Source of the DNA: an uncultured Gemmatimonadales bacterium
GTDB taxonomy: Bacteria; Gemmatimonadota; Gemmatimonadetes; Gemmatimonadales; GWC2-71-9
Direction of reading: 5' to 3'
Length of the DNA stretch: 64,000 nt
Assembly: GCA_963798915.1 (NCBI GenBank)
Contig: CAWCVB010000006.1
Span: forward strand, 256,001 to 320,000
Shown here: one piece after another, positions 30,939 through 39,902 of the stretch
Layout of the letters: each line of letters opens with the position of its first letter
Numbering within the stretch: the first letter of the stretch is position 1
The notes under the pieces: model-generated
Database searches by the model: none
What the model saw: the letters and a program-made list of their open reading frames with translations, nothing else
Told to the model about the DNA's origin: nothing
Program-made: the position numbers and the translations under genes

Positions 30939-30979
30939 AAAAACAACACCCCGTTCTCTCTGATGGGAACGGGGTGTTG
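30939..30979 (-). terminator. Intrinsic terminator after tRNA-Asp
   Basis: Perfect 13-bp inverted repeat (30944-30956 / 30967-30979) followed by TTTTT on the minus strand. Confidence 0.8.
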
Positions 30980-30995
30980 CGCTCACCAGCGCGAG

Positions 30996-31070
30996 CGGGG
31001 CTGACGGGGCTCGAACCCGCGACCTCCGCAGTGACAGTGCGGCACTCTAACCAAGCTGAGCTACAGCCCC
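30996..31070 (-). tRNA. tRNA-Asp(GTC), CCA not encoded
   Basis: GGGGCTG/CAGCCCC acceptor stem, CCGCA-CTGTCAC-TGCGG anticodon arm, GTTCGAG T-loop, discriminator G. Confidence 0.97.
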
Positions 31071-31125
31071 CGGTGCAGAGCGCCGCAATGTAACCGGCCA
31101 GCCGGGGCGGCGGTAGGCCCGCTGC

Positions 31126-32865
31126 TTACTTGCAGTACGCCTTGATCATGCCCCGGGTGCGGTCACGATACTGACTAACGTTGTCAAGCAGCTTCGAAGC
31201 CTCCTCGGGGCGGAACGACTTTCCTTTCTCGAGCGCGGGCGCTGCCTCCACGAGCAGGCTATCCATCTTCTGCGCGCCTTGGCACGACTTGGCTGACTCA
31301 GTTGCCTTGTCCATGGCGCTCGTGAGCTGGAGGTCGGACAGGCCCAGCAGGTAATTCATGGTGCCCACGAATGAAGCGTTGGGCGCAAGGACGACCGCCT
31401 GGCGGAGCATGATGGCCGCCGTGTCATATCGCGCCGGGGTAGCCTGCAACAGCGGGACCGCCCCATTGACCAGGAGCCCCGCGGCCTGCGCCTTGGAGTT
31501 GTCGTCTCCGTGCTGCTCCACAAAGCTGAAGAACTCGGCCGCGTCGGGATAGCGGTTTGCTTTCATCAGCGCCTGCGCCGCCGCCAGGGCTGGGGTGACG
31601 TCGCTGCTGTCGGCCGCAAGGATCTTGCGCGTCACGATCAGACTGCTGTCGACCTGGCCCTGGATCGAGTACGCCTTATTGACGTTCTTCAGGAGCGTCA
31701 GGTTCTGGGGGAAGCGGCTGGCGCCGATCCGGGCCCACTTCACGAAGACCGCTGTATCAGCCGCGGTGGCCAGCTCCGGTGGAGTCGTGTCCGACAGTTG
31801 CTGCTCGGCCGCCACCTGGACCTTGGCGAAGAACAGCGTGTCGGCCCGGGTGGAGTCGGTCGCGTAGGCCTGCTCAAGCGCCTGCACTGCGCACCGGAAA
31901 TCGGAGGCGAAGAGGCATGCATTGCTCTTCAGGTCCCAGAGGTCCCAGTTAGTCGGATCGAGCTTGAGGCCTTCGTCCGCGACCTCGATGGCAGCCTGGG
32001 CCCGGCCCACCTGCAAGAAGTAGCGGAAGGCCCGCTGCCGGAGTTCCTGATCCGTGGGTGCGGCGCGCAGCATCTGCTGCAGCATGGCCACCGTCTGCGC
32101 GGTGTCCGCCTTGGCTTCATACAGGGCCGCCAGTTCGGTCATCGCCTTGATACTGAGGGAATCGCCCTTCACCGCCGCGGAAAGTTCCTTGATTTTGGTC
32201 GCAGGGTCGCTGGAGAGCTGCGCCAGACAATAGTGCGCGAGGCCGTTCTCGGGCATGCCCTTGAGGACGTCTTCGGCCTTCTTGCGTGCGTCGGCTGGCT
32301 TGGAAACCCGCTGGTTCATGCATTCGCGAGCATCACTCAGGACCTCGAGTCCCTGCTTCAGCGAATCCACGGCAGCGACACCCATTGACGGAACCTGCCC
32401 GCTCTGGTTGACGTGAACCGTGACACCGGCGTCGTCATTGACGCCGGCAAGGCGCGAAACCATCGACCAGCGGCCAGCCGGACCCTTGGCCATCTGCGAC
32501 GTGATCAACACCCGGCCCGACAAAGCCTGGGCCAATTTGCGGGCCGGGTCCTGGCTCAGGATCGCGTCTGGCGCATAGCCGAACGAGAGCAGAGCTCGAT
32601 TCATCATGGAATCGGGAATGACGCTGTAGTCGGATCGGGACGCGACGCGCACCAGGCGATCCCGCATGGCCTGACCCACGGCCACCGCCGTGGCCGAGTC
32701 GGCGCTGGTAAAGACGTACGGATTGGCGACCATGATCCTGGTGGCCGCAACCGCTGCACCACGCGATATATGGGCTCCGCGCGGAATACCCTGAGCCGCC
32801 AGCGGAGCCTGGACCATGGCCGTCATCGCCGCGCCCACGAAGATCAGAACTCGCCTCAGGTGCAT
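31126..32865 (-). CDS. Secreted TPR-repeat protein
   Basis: ATG 32865 with GGAGA SD; signal peptide ending LAAQ; several TPR-like helical pairs; Cys residues. Confidence 0.8.
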   Translation of the reverse strand: MHLRRVLIFVGAAMTAMVQAPLAAQGIPRGAHISRGAAVAATRIMVANPYVFTSADSATAVAVGQAMRDRLVRVASRSDYSVIPDSMMNRALLSFGYAPDAILSQDPARKLAQALSGRVLITSQMAKGPAGRWSMVSRLAGVNDDAGVTVHVNQSGQVPSMGVAAVDSLKQGLEVLSDARECMNQRVSKPADARKKAEDVLKGMPENGLAHYCLAQLSSDPATKIKELSAAVKGDSLSIKAMTELAALYEAKADTAQTVAMLQQMLRAAPTDQELRQRAFRYFLQVGRAQAAIEVADEGLKLDPTNWDLWDLKSNACLFASDFRCAVQALEQAYATDSTRADTLFFAKVQVAAEQQLSDTTPPELATAADTAVFVKWARIGASRFPQNLTLLKNVNKAYSIQGQVDSSLIVTRKILAADSSDVTPALAAAQALMKANRYPDAAEFFSFVEQHGDDNSKAQAAGLLVNGAVPLLQATPARYDTAAIMLRQAVVLAPNASFVGTMNYLLGLSDLQLTSAMDKATESAKSCQGAQKMDSLLVEAAPALEKGKSFRPEEASKLLDNVSQYRDRTRGMIKAYCK

Positions 32866-32932
32866 TCGTATCTCCGAAAGTGGGATCTTGAATCGACACA
32901 TGGCGGGAGTGAAGCCGCCAAAAGCCGCGCAG

Positions 32933-33007
32933 TGGGCGAAGAGGGATTCGAACCCCCGACATCCTGCGTGTAAGGCAGGCGCTCTGGACCAGCTGAGCTA
33001 TTCGCCC
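32933..33007 (-). tRNA. tRNA-Val(TAC), CCA not encoded
   Basis: GGGCGAA/TTCGCCC acceptor stem, CCTGC-CTTACAC-GCAGG anticodon arm, GTTCGAAT T-loop, discriminator A. Confidence 0.97.
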
Positions 33008-33076
33008 GAACAGATCGGCCGGCCCGCTCCATCATGCCCCAGATGCAGGGACCGTGCCGTGGCGTGCGTCACCGCG

Positions 33077-33268
33077 TCACAGTGCTATTCCAAGTGGAAA
33101 CAAGACGCAGTAACCGGCCACGAGCAACACAGCGGCGGCAGTTGGATGGCCGGCGGACAGCACGGCGTACCCGGCGATGAGTGTCAGAACGGCAGCCGCG
33201 AGGAAGAAGATATTCCTGCGGGCCAGCAAGCGCTGCGGGGCCATTGCACCAGCCTGCGGTTTGGTCAT
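33077..33268 (-). CDS. Small two-TM membrane protein (DUF3098-like)
   Basis: RRNIFFL...AGY and a second TM; own promoter upstream. Confidence 0.65.
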   Translation of the reverse strand: MTKPQAGAMAPQRLLARRNIFFLAAAVLTLIAGYAVLSAGHPTAAAVLLVAGYCVLFPLGIAL

Positions 33269-33277
33269 AAGCGGTTG

Positions 33278-33306
33278 ACGCTAAACACTGTGGCCCGGCT
33301 GGTCAA
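33278..33306 (-). promoter_or_regulatory. Putative sigma70 promoter (near-leaderless)
   Basis: TTGACC-N17-TAGCGT, 9 nt before ATG 33268. Confidence 0.55.
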
Positions 33307-34174
33307 GTTCATCGTCGTCTGGAGGCGCTGGCCAGCCGATATCAAGGGCGGCGCGCCGAGGCCCATCCAGGACCCGGCGGATCCACGAGGCGATGACAAC
33401 CGCCACGGCAACCAGCAACCAGAGGCCGCCCAGCGTCAGCCATCCCAGCACGCCGTAGCGACGGCGCACGTCCCGCTGCCAAGCCACTCCGAACTGGCCC
33501 GGCGTGAGTCCGGTCGTCCGCCGGAGCGCCGTATCGAACGGCTCCCCGGAGGCCAGCAAGGTCAACAATGGCTCCAGCGAGTGCTCCGGGTGACGCCGGG
33601 CCAGGTCCATCACAGCGGTCATGGCCAGTCCATAGGCAAGCGATGCGTCGGCCTCGGTTCCCTGCAGGCCGCGGTTCAGGTTGTCGAGGTCCGGGATGCG
33701 CCCGCGCAGGACGGCGAGGTTGATGCCAACCGCATCCATTCGGCTCCACTCACCAGCCGCGTAGGCGGCGTAGCCTTCGTCGAACCAGCGGGGAACGCTC
33801 GAATGGATGGCGCGGCGCAGCGCCAGGTGCGCCAGCTCGTGTCTCAGCGTGGCTTCCGTCTGGCCCGCGTCGGCGCGGATCAGAATGGTGCGGCTGGATG
33901 GCAGCGCGACACCCGCGCCCCACGACGGTGCACGCCCGCTGGTATAGCGCTGCATGGTCGACTGGTCCGGCACCACGATCAGGCGGATCGGTCCCGGGTC
34001 GCGCCTGCCCAGGCCGGGCCAGGTGTGGACATGATCCGCCTCGTCGCCAAGCTGGAGGGCCAGCGGCATCTCGCGCGCCGTCGCGACCACCGTGACCTGA
34101 CCGACCTGTGCTGCCTGGGGCTGAGGCGGCGCCTGAACGAACGGGCGAAGAGCGATGAGCGCGAGTGCGCTCAG
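33281..34174 (-). CDS. Membrane-anchored gluzincin (peptidase MA-like) metalloprotease; start uncertain (CTG 34174 proposed)
   Basis: HELAH followed by PRWFDEGYA; C-terminal TM; N-terminal hydrophobic stretch starts at a CTGA overlap. Confidence 0.8.
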   Translation of the reverse strand: MSALALIALRPFVQAPPQPQAAQVGQVTVVATAREMPLALQLGDEADHVHTWPGLGRRDPGPIRLIVVPDQSTMQRYTSGRAPSWGAGVALPSSRTILIRADAGQTEATLRHELAHLALRRAIHSSVPRWFDEGYAAYAAGEWSRMDAVGINLAVLRGRIPDLDNLNRGLQGTEADASLAYGLAMTAVMDLARRHPEHSLEPLLTLLASGEPFDTALRRTTGLTPGQFGVAWQRDVRRRYGVLGWLTLGGLWLLVAVAVVIASWIRRVLDGPRRAALDIGWPAPPDDDELDQPGHSV

Positions 34175-35055
34175 GAACGCGCGGAACGCGGGATGGTCCC
34201 TCCGGCAGCGGCGGTGTCCAGCATGTCCTTGCACCGCTTGCCCCACTGATTGAATCGGTTGGCGCGATGGCCCTCGGTCCACGACTCGGTGGCGCCCTCG
34301 CGATCGCCGGAAAGCCACTGCGCGCGTCCCAGCTCGTACCACGCCTCGATCAGGTTGGGTCCCAACTGGAGGGTCTTGCGGAAGAAGGCCTGGGCGTCCT
34401 CGAACATCTCGCGCTCGAGATAGACCAGGCCCAGGTAGTAGTGGGCGTAGAGCGTGGCCTTCCGGTCGTTGTTCAGCCGAATGGCCTTGGAAAGATGTTC
34501 GATGGCTTCGCCGAAGATCCGCTTCTTGAGGCAGATGTACCCGACATTGATCCGGGCCAGCGCATTGGCAGGTTCTGCCATCAGCACCCGCGAGAATGTC
34601 GCCAGCGCCTCGTCATAGCGCTCGTCGAGCATCTCGGCCCAGCCCAGGAGGGACTGCGCCTGCGTGTCACCCGGTGCGAGTTCCAGGGCACGCTCGAGCG
34701 CCTGCACGGCGCCGGCATGGTCCCCCAGCGAAATCAGGCTCCAGCCCTTTTCAATAAACGTCGACGCACCGATATGATCCGAGTGCACCGCGGGCCTGGC
34801 TCCCGAGAACTGCGGTGGTTGTGCCCCATCCTCCGTCGCGCCTGAGGCGACCTGTTTGTAGCGCTCAACCAGCGCGCGGAGGTCGTCCTTCAGCCGGCTG
34901 AGCTCGCCCAGGGCCGCGTCAACCTCTCGGTACAGCGAAATAATGTCGCGCTTGAGGCGCTCGCGAGTGTCCACCCCGCCAGCCTCGCCAAGCCGCGCCT
35001 CCACCTCGCGATAGCGGTCACGATACATCGCGGCCGGGCCAGGTCGATCGGTCAC
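34171..35055 (-). CDS. Coiled-coil plus TPR protein
   Basis: N-terminal heptad helix, then about five TPRs (ALELAPGD, VLMAEPAN, TLQLGPNL). Confidence 0.85.
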   Translation of the reverse strand: MTDRPGPAAMYRDRYREVEARLGEAGGVDTRERLKRDIISLYREVDAALGELSRLKDDLRALVERYKQVASGATEDGAQPPQFSGARPAVHSDHIGASTFIEKGWSLISLGDHAGAVQALERALELAPGDTQAQSLLGWAEMLDERYDEALATFSRVLMAEPANALARINVGYICLKKRIFGEAIEHLSKAIRLNNDRKATLYAHYYLGLVYLEREMFEDAQAFFRKTLQLGPNLIEAWYELGRAQWLSGDREGATESWTEGHRANRFNQWGKRCKDMLDTAAAGGTIPRSARS

Positions 35056-35513
35056 GTTCCGGCCCGCTGCAAGGTGACGCGTTCGTCGCCGCTGAAGAGC
35101 CGACGGGCGTTGAGCAGCACGACGGTCTGCTCTCCGATATGCGCAACCCCGCTGATGTACTCGGCGGCGAGGCCGCGCACCAGCGGCGGCGGCGCCGCAA
35201 TCACTGATGCGTCCACCCGCACGACCTCCCGCACCTGATCGACCACCACGCCAATTCGATCGCGCTCGACTGTGATCACGATGACGCGGGTGTCCTCGCC
35301 CAGCTCCGCCGGTACGTCGAGGCGCTTGCGCAGGTCCACCACCGGAATGACCCCGTCTTCGAAGGGGAGGACACCCTCGAGAAAGGGAGGGGCCTTTGGC
35401 ACGGTCGAGGGCCGCTCGTATCGAAGGATCCGCTCGACCTGCAGGATGTCAAACCCGAAGTCCTGCTCACCGACACGGAAAGTCACCAGTTGCACGTCAT
35501 CGCCGGAGATCAT
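35052..35513 (-). CDS. cheW: Chemotaxis adaptor CheW
   Basis: LVTFRVGEQDFGFDILQVERI, VPKAPPFLEGV, IPVVDLRKRL, IGVVVDQV. Confidence 0.93.
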   Translation of the reverse strand: MISGDDVQLVTFRVGEQDFGFDILQVERILRYERPSTVPKAPPFLEGVLPFEDGVIPVVDLRKRLDVPAELGEDTRVIVITVERDRIGVVVDQVREVVRVDASVIAAPPPLVRGLAAEYISGVAHIGEQTVVLLNARRLFSGDERVTLQRAGT

Positions 35514-35932
35514 AGCCGACCCATTTCAAAGAGGCGCGCGCTCAACGCCGCAAGATCGAGCAGGGGGAGCAATTCCTTGCCATGGCGAACCAACGCCGCC
35601 GCCCACGGTACGGCTCGATCAGGGGGCACGGGTAGCGACTCGCCACGCTGTACGACTTCGGCATCATCGACTTCGAGGCACAGGCGCCTGCCCTCGACAG
35701 TCACCACAATGGCGGTGGAGGCCACGTCGGCAGGACACCGCTGCCCCGCCAGCAATGCCGCCAGATGAACCACGGGCAGGACCGCGCCCCGCATGGTCGC
35801 GACTCCGCGCACCGCCGGCTCGAGGCTGGGGACCGCAGCAACCGCACCCGGCACGGTCACCGCTTCCAGATGCTCCACCGGAAGCCCGATGGCGCGACCG
35901 CCAGCGTGCACCACCAGGAACTGCGTCATCAT
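35510..35932 (-). CDS. cheW: CheW-like adaptor (divergent)
   Basis: [36 protein letters not shown]. Confidence 0.85.
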   Translation of the reverse strand: MMTQFLVVHAGGRAIGLPVEHLEAVTVPGAVAAVPSLEPAVRGVATMRGAVLPVVHLAALLAGQRCPADVASTAIVVTVEGRRLCLEVDDAEVVQRGESLPVPPDRAVPWAAALVRHGKELLPLLDLAALSARLFEMGRL

Positions 35933-37005
35933 GAAGCCAGGCGGGTGAGACTGGCGTCGAGGACGGCCGCAATCCGCTCCACCGCAAGCACGTAATCCGC
36001 GCCACCGCTCAACCGCGCCGCATTGGGCATGCCATCAATGACAGCGCTGGCCCTGTCCTGCGCAATCCCGATACCGCCCGCGTCATGAATGGCCCGCAAG
36101 CCTGCAGCGCCGTCCCGCCCCAGCCCGGTCAGCACGACGCCAATCGCAGCGGGGCCGAAATACTCCGCCAGCGTGGTGAAGAGCGGATCGGCCGCCGGTC
36201 GCACGCCCCAGACGGTGGGCGACTGATCGAGGGCAATGACCGGACCACCGTCTCCACTGCGCACCAGCATATGGTAGTCGCCCGGCGCCACATACGCCGT
36301 ATCCTCCAGCACCGGGCTTCCCTGCTCGGCTTCGACCACGGTGTAGCGGCTCTGTGTGGCGAGGCGCTCGGCCAGACTGCGCGTGAACTTGGGCGGCATG
36401 TGCTGCACGATCAGGATGGCCGCGTGACGGCCTCGAGTCAGGCGCGGGACGATCTCCGCCAATGCTCGTGGCCCGCCGGTGGAGGCGGCGATGCCCACGG
36501 CACATCGGGCCCGACCGGGCAGGGTGGTCATCGTCGACGGAGGCATCGCCGGTCGTATCGGGCGAGCCAGCATCGGCAGGCGGAGGATCTCAGCTTCGCG
36601 GGCCGCATAGAGGGCCGCAAGCACCCGCCGGCCGAATCGGCCGATGGCCTCCTGGCCTCGGTCCTCGTCCTTCGCGACAAGATCCACTGCACCGAGTTCG
36701 AGCGCTCGAATGGCCGCCGCGGTGCCGGCGCCGGCGTACGCGCTGACGACAACGATGGGCCGGGGCGACTCGGACATGATGTAGCCGATGGCGCCCAATC
36801 CATCGAGTTCCGGCATCTCCAGGTCCATCAGCACGCAGTCGGGTTCGAGGGCATGGACCTTCTCAAGCGCATCCAACCCGTTCCGCGCCGTTCCGCAGAC
36901 CCGGAACGCTTCTGATCCATTGACCACATCGGTCAGCAGCCGCCGAAAAAACGGGCTATCGTCCGCAATGAGGACGCTGGCCGGTTCAGAGTTGCGTGGT
37001 GCCAT
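35929..37005 (-). CDS. cheB: Protein-glutamate methylesterase CheB (REC plus esterase)
   Basis: [37 protein letters not shown]. Confidence 0.96.
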   Translation of the reverse strand: MAPRNSEPASVLIADDSPFFRRLLTDVVNGSEAFRVCGTARNGLDALEKVHALEPDCVLMDLEMPELDGLGAIGYIMSESPRPIVVVSAYAGAGTAAAIRALELGAVDLVAKDEDRGQEAIGRFGRRVLAALYAAREAEILRLPMLARPIRPAMPPSTMTTLPGRARCAVGIAASTGGPRALAEIVPRLTRGRHAAILIVQHMPPKFTRSLAERLATQSRYTVVEAEQGSPVLEDTAYVAPGDYHMLVRSGDGGPVIALDQSPTVWGVRPAADPLFTTLAEYFGPAAIGVVLTGLGRDGAAGLRAIHDAGGIGIAQDRASAVIDGMPNAARLSGGADYVLAVERIAAVLDASLTRLAS

Positions 37006-37471
37006 GTGACACCGAGGTGATTTCCACCCGGCCATCAGCCGCCCAGACACGCACCGTCCGGCCGTAGTCGCCCCCGACCGCTTCACCGATCAGCGGGATA
37101 CCATGCTGGGCCAGGACCTGGCGCGACGCCACCACGTTCCGTTCCCCCATCTGGATGGTGCCGGGCGCCGTCAATGACGCGAACATGCTCGCACCGCCCA
37201 CCAGGCGACCTCCAACACGCCCGGACCGGGCCCCGAGCGATGCCATCCCGCTGAGCAGCGCCGGCACCGCCTTCTGGGGCACCTTGCCAGGGCGGTCATC
37301 GCTTGGTCGCACGAGCGCCGGCGACGGCAGGAGCACGTGCGCGAGCCCGGCCACGTGGGCCACCGGATCGTACAGGATGATGGCGACACAGCTGCCCAGT
37401 CCGATGGTGACGAGCTCGTCATCGAGTCGGCCCACGCGCAGGTCGGCGACCCGCACCACGATGTCGCTCAT
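36986..37471 (-). CDS. cheD: Chemoreceptor glutamine deamidase CheD
   Basis: [33 protein letters not shown]. Confidence 0.96.
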   Translation of the reverse strand: MSDIVVRVADLRVGRLDDELVTIGLGSCVAIILYDPVAHVAGLAHVLLPSPALVRPSDDRPGKVPQKAVPALLSGMASLGARSGRVGGRLVGGASMFASLTAPGTIQMGERNVVASRQVLAQHGIPLIGEAVGGDYGRTVRVWAADGRVEITSVSHGTTQL

Positions 37472-38283
37472 TCCCGCCGCCGGTAGATGCGTTCACGGAT
37501 GTCCACCAGGTCGACCAGCTCACGGGCCGGGCCCAGCAGCGTCTCCACCTTGCCGAGCACCAGGATGCCATGTGGTGCAAGGCGCTCCACGAACAGCGAG
37601 AAGACCTGTTCCTGCAGGGGACGATCGAAGTAGATCACCACGTTCCGGCAAACAATCAGCTGATAGGCGGTGGCCAATGGGGTGGCCCGGCTCAGGTCCA
37701 GCTCTGCTACCGTAACGCGTTCGCGAATGGCAGGAACCACCGCGCGACCTGCCGCGTCAGGCACCGTATACCGATCCTGCAAATCCGCCGGCAGATCCTG
37801 GAACGCCTCCACACGGTAGACGCCCGCCCGCGCGCGCTCCATGGATGCGCGATCGACATCGGTCGCATGAATGGCTGCGCGACTGCTCCACTCCGGCCGG
37901 CCAGCGAGACGGCACTGTTCGGCGAACAGCATTGCCATCGTATACGGTTCATCGCCGGAGGCGCAGCCGGCACTCCACGCCAGCAGTCGCCCGGCATTCG
38001 CCTCCCACAGCGCCGGCAGAAACCGGCCCGCGAGTGCACTCCAGGTCTCGGGATTCCGGTAGAAGCGCGTCACATTGATGGTGAGCGCGTCCTTGAGGCG
38101 ATCCAACTCCTCCGGCTCACGCTCGACCAGCGCCCGATATTCGTCGTAGTCGCGGCTGCCACACGCGCGCATCCGCACCGCCACCCGGCGACGGATGCAC
38201 TTGTCCTTATAGGCATCGAGGGTCATCCCCACGGCTGATGAAACGGACCCAAGCAGCCGGGCGAAGGCCGCGTCGTCGGTCAT
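37468..38283 (-). CDS. cheR: Chemotaxis methyltransferase CheR
   Basis: TINVTRFYRN, WSAGCASGDEPYT, ATDVD, CRNVVIYF, LGKVETL. Confidence 0.96.
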   Translation of the reverse strand: MTDDAAFARLLGSVSSAVGMTLDAYKDKCIRRRVAVRMRACGSRDYDEYRALVEREPEELDRLKDALTINVTRFYRNPETWSALAGRFLPALWEANAGRLLAWSAGCASGDEPYTMAMLFAEQCRLAGRPEWSSRAAIHATDVDRASMERARAGVYRVEAFQDLPADLQDRYTVPDAAGRAVVPAIRERVTVAELDLSRATPLATAYQLIVCRNVVIYFDRPLQEQVFSLFVERLAPHGILVLGKVETLLGPARELVDLVDIRERIYRRRE

Positions 38284-39902
38284 CACGAGGCAGCATCCAG
38301 CATGTCGAGGTTGGCCCGGGCGAGCTGATGCCCCGGATTGAGTTCCGCCGCACGTTGCCAGCAGCTGCGAGCCTGGTCGGTTTCGCGCCGCTTGAAGGCG
38401 ATGTTCCCCAGCTTGAAATAGAGGTCATCGCCGAGCTGGGGATCGAGCTTGGCCGCACGCTCATACATGCTCGCGGCCTCGTCGTAGCGGCCTGAGCGGT
38501 AGCACAAGTCACCCAGGTTCTTGGAAATCTGCGGCACGCCAGGCTCATCGGATAACGCTGCCCGGAGCAGCAGTTCCGCGCCGGCTACATCGCCATCGTG
38601 CTCCAGCATGACGGCGAGGTTGTTGCGCAGGATGGCGCTCGCGGGATGGGTCCGAACCCCTTCCTGGGCCACACTGAGGGCTGCGTCGGCACGATCGGCC
38701 GCGGCTGCAGCAAGCGACTGCGCCCAGTACCAGATCGCCGGCACGATGCCGTCCTTCAGCAACTCACGGGCGCGCGCCAGCCGGCTCTGGGCGGCTTCGG
38801 TGTCGCCGCGCCGCAATGCCAATACGCCCCAGCCCAGCTGGATCCGTGCATCTTCGCGGGCCCGCCCCGCCGCGTCCGCGAACACGCGCTCGGCCTCATC
38901 GAGCTGTCCGAGCTGCTCGAGTGCGATGGCCAGATCATGGAGCACCACCGGCCGGGGGCCGCCCTTCTCCAGGCAGTCGCGGAACGCCTGGGCGGCCTCG
39001 CTCCAGCGCGCCTGCCGCGACGCGATGAGTCCCAGGTGAAAGGGTGCCGCCGCCTCGGCCGGTCGCAGGTCGGCGACGCGCCGAAACTCACGCTCCGCTT
39101 CATCGAGCATTCCGGTCCGAAAGAACGCGACGCCCAGGTTGCGGTGCTCTTCCACCCGCGAGTCACTCGCGCGAGGCGCTGCGGCGGCACGCGACGAACC
39201 GGTGCGATGGGCGAAGCCGGCAGCGAGCAGGCCATAAATGGCCTTGCCGACCTGGAATTCCACCAGGCCGGATTCCTCCATGACCTGCTGCACATCACGG
39301 GTGCCGTCGAGAAGCGGCACGATCCGTTCCTGCTCGGCGCTGAGCGTCACATCGCTGTCGGCCACTCGCGATGGGTCAGCACTGAAGATGAGATCGAAGG
39401 TGGGAATCTTCTTCGCGATGAGACTCCACTCATCCACCCGTCGTGCCCCCTCGAGCAGGAGGCTCTCGGGATTGATGGAGACCAGGACATCCTGTTCCTC
39501 CGGACGCTCACCGGCCTCGAAGTTGAAGGTGCCGCTGCTCCAGGTGAACAGGAAATACACCGCTTCCTCGATTTGCAGCGCCACGAACTCCCGAAGCGCG
39601 TCCGGCGTGATGGCGCCGAGTTCGAGCAGTATCTGGCCAATGCGACGTTCCGGGCTGGCCGCCTGCTGGTCGATGGCTTGCTGCAGCACGTCCGCTGAGA
39701 GCCTGCCGTTGCGGACCAGCAGGTCCCCAAGCCGGTCACGCCGATTGACGATCGAGGCGAAGACGATGCGGCCGTCCTCGAAGTAGATGTAGCCGAAGTT
39801 CTGCCGGTCAGCCACGGCCAGGCAGCCGGAGCGTCGACCCAGCGCGAGCAGCTGGATGACATCCGGAAGACTCGCCTCGGACAGGCTTCCCTTGATGGCC
39901 AT
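38283..39902 (-). CDS. DUF4388 (PATAN-like) protein with MshEN-like motifs, wHTH-like segment and TPRs
   Basis: KGSLSEASLPDVIQLL...SGCL...IYFEDGRIVFA, tandem RLG/RIG 24-mers, WSSGTFNF, LLLEGARRVDEW, then TPRs. Confidence 0.85.
   Translation of the reverse strand: MAIKGSLSEASLPDVIQLLALGRRSGCLAVADRQNFGYIYFEDGRIVFASIVNRRDRLGDLLVRNGRLSADVLQQAIDQQAASPERRIGQILLELGAITPDALREFVALQIEEAVYFLFTWSSGTFNFEAGERPEEQDVLVSINPESLLLEGARRVDEWSLIAKKIPTFDLIFSADPSRVADSDVTLSAEQERIVPLLDGTRDVQQVMEESGLVEFQVGKAIYGLLAAGFAHRTGSSRAAAAPRASDSRVEEHRNLGVAFFRTGMLDEAEREFRRVADLRPAEAAAPFHLGLIASRQARWSEAAQAFRDCLEKGGPRPVVLHDLAIALEQLGQLDEAERVFADAAGRAREDARIQLGWGVLALRRGDTEAAQSRLARARELLKDGIVPAIWYWAQSLAAAAADRADAALSVAQEGVRTHPASAILRNNLAVMLEHDGDVAGAELLLRAALSDEPGVPQISKNLGDLCYRSGRYDEAASMYERAAKLDPQLGDDLYFKLGNIAFKRRETDQARSCWQRAAELNPGHQLARANLDMLDAAS

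Noticed and set aside
32901..32924. Hairpin TGGCGG-N8-CCGCCA after tRNA-Val as a terminator
   Set aside because: The T-run precedes the stem on the transcribed strand rather than following it; at most a processing or stabilising stem
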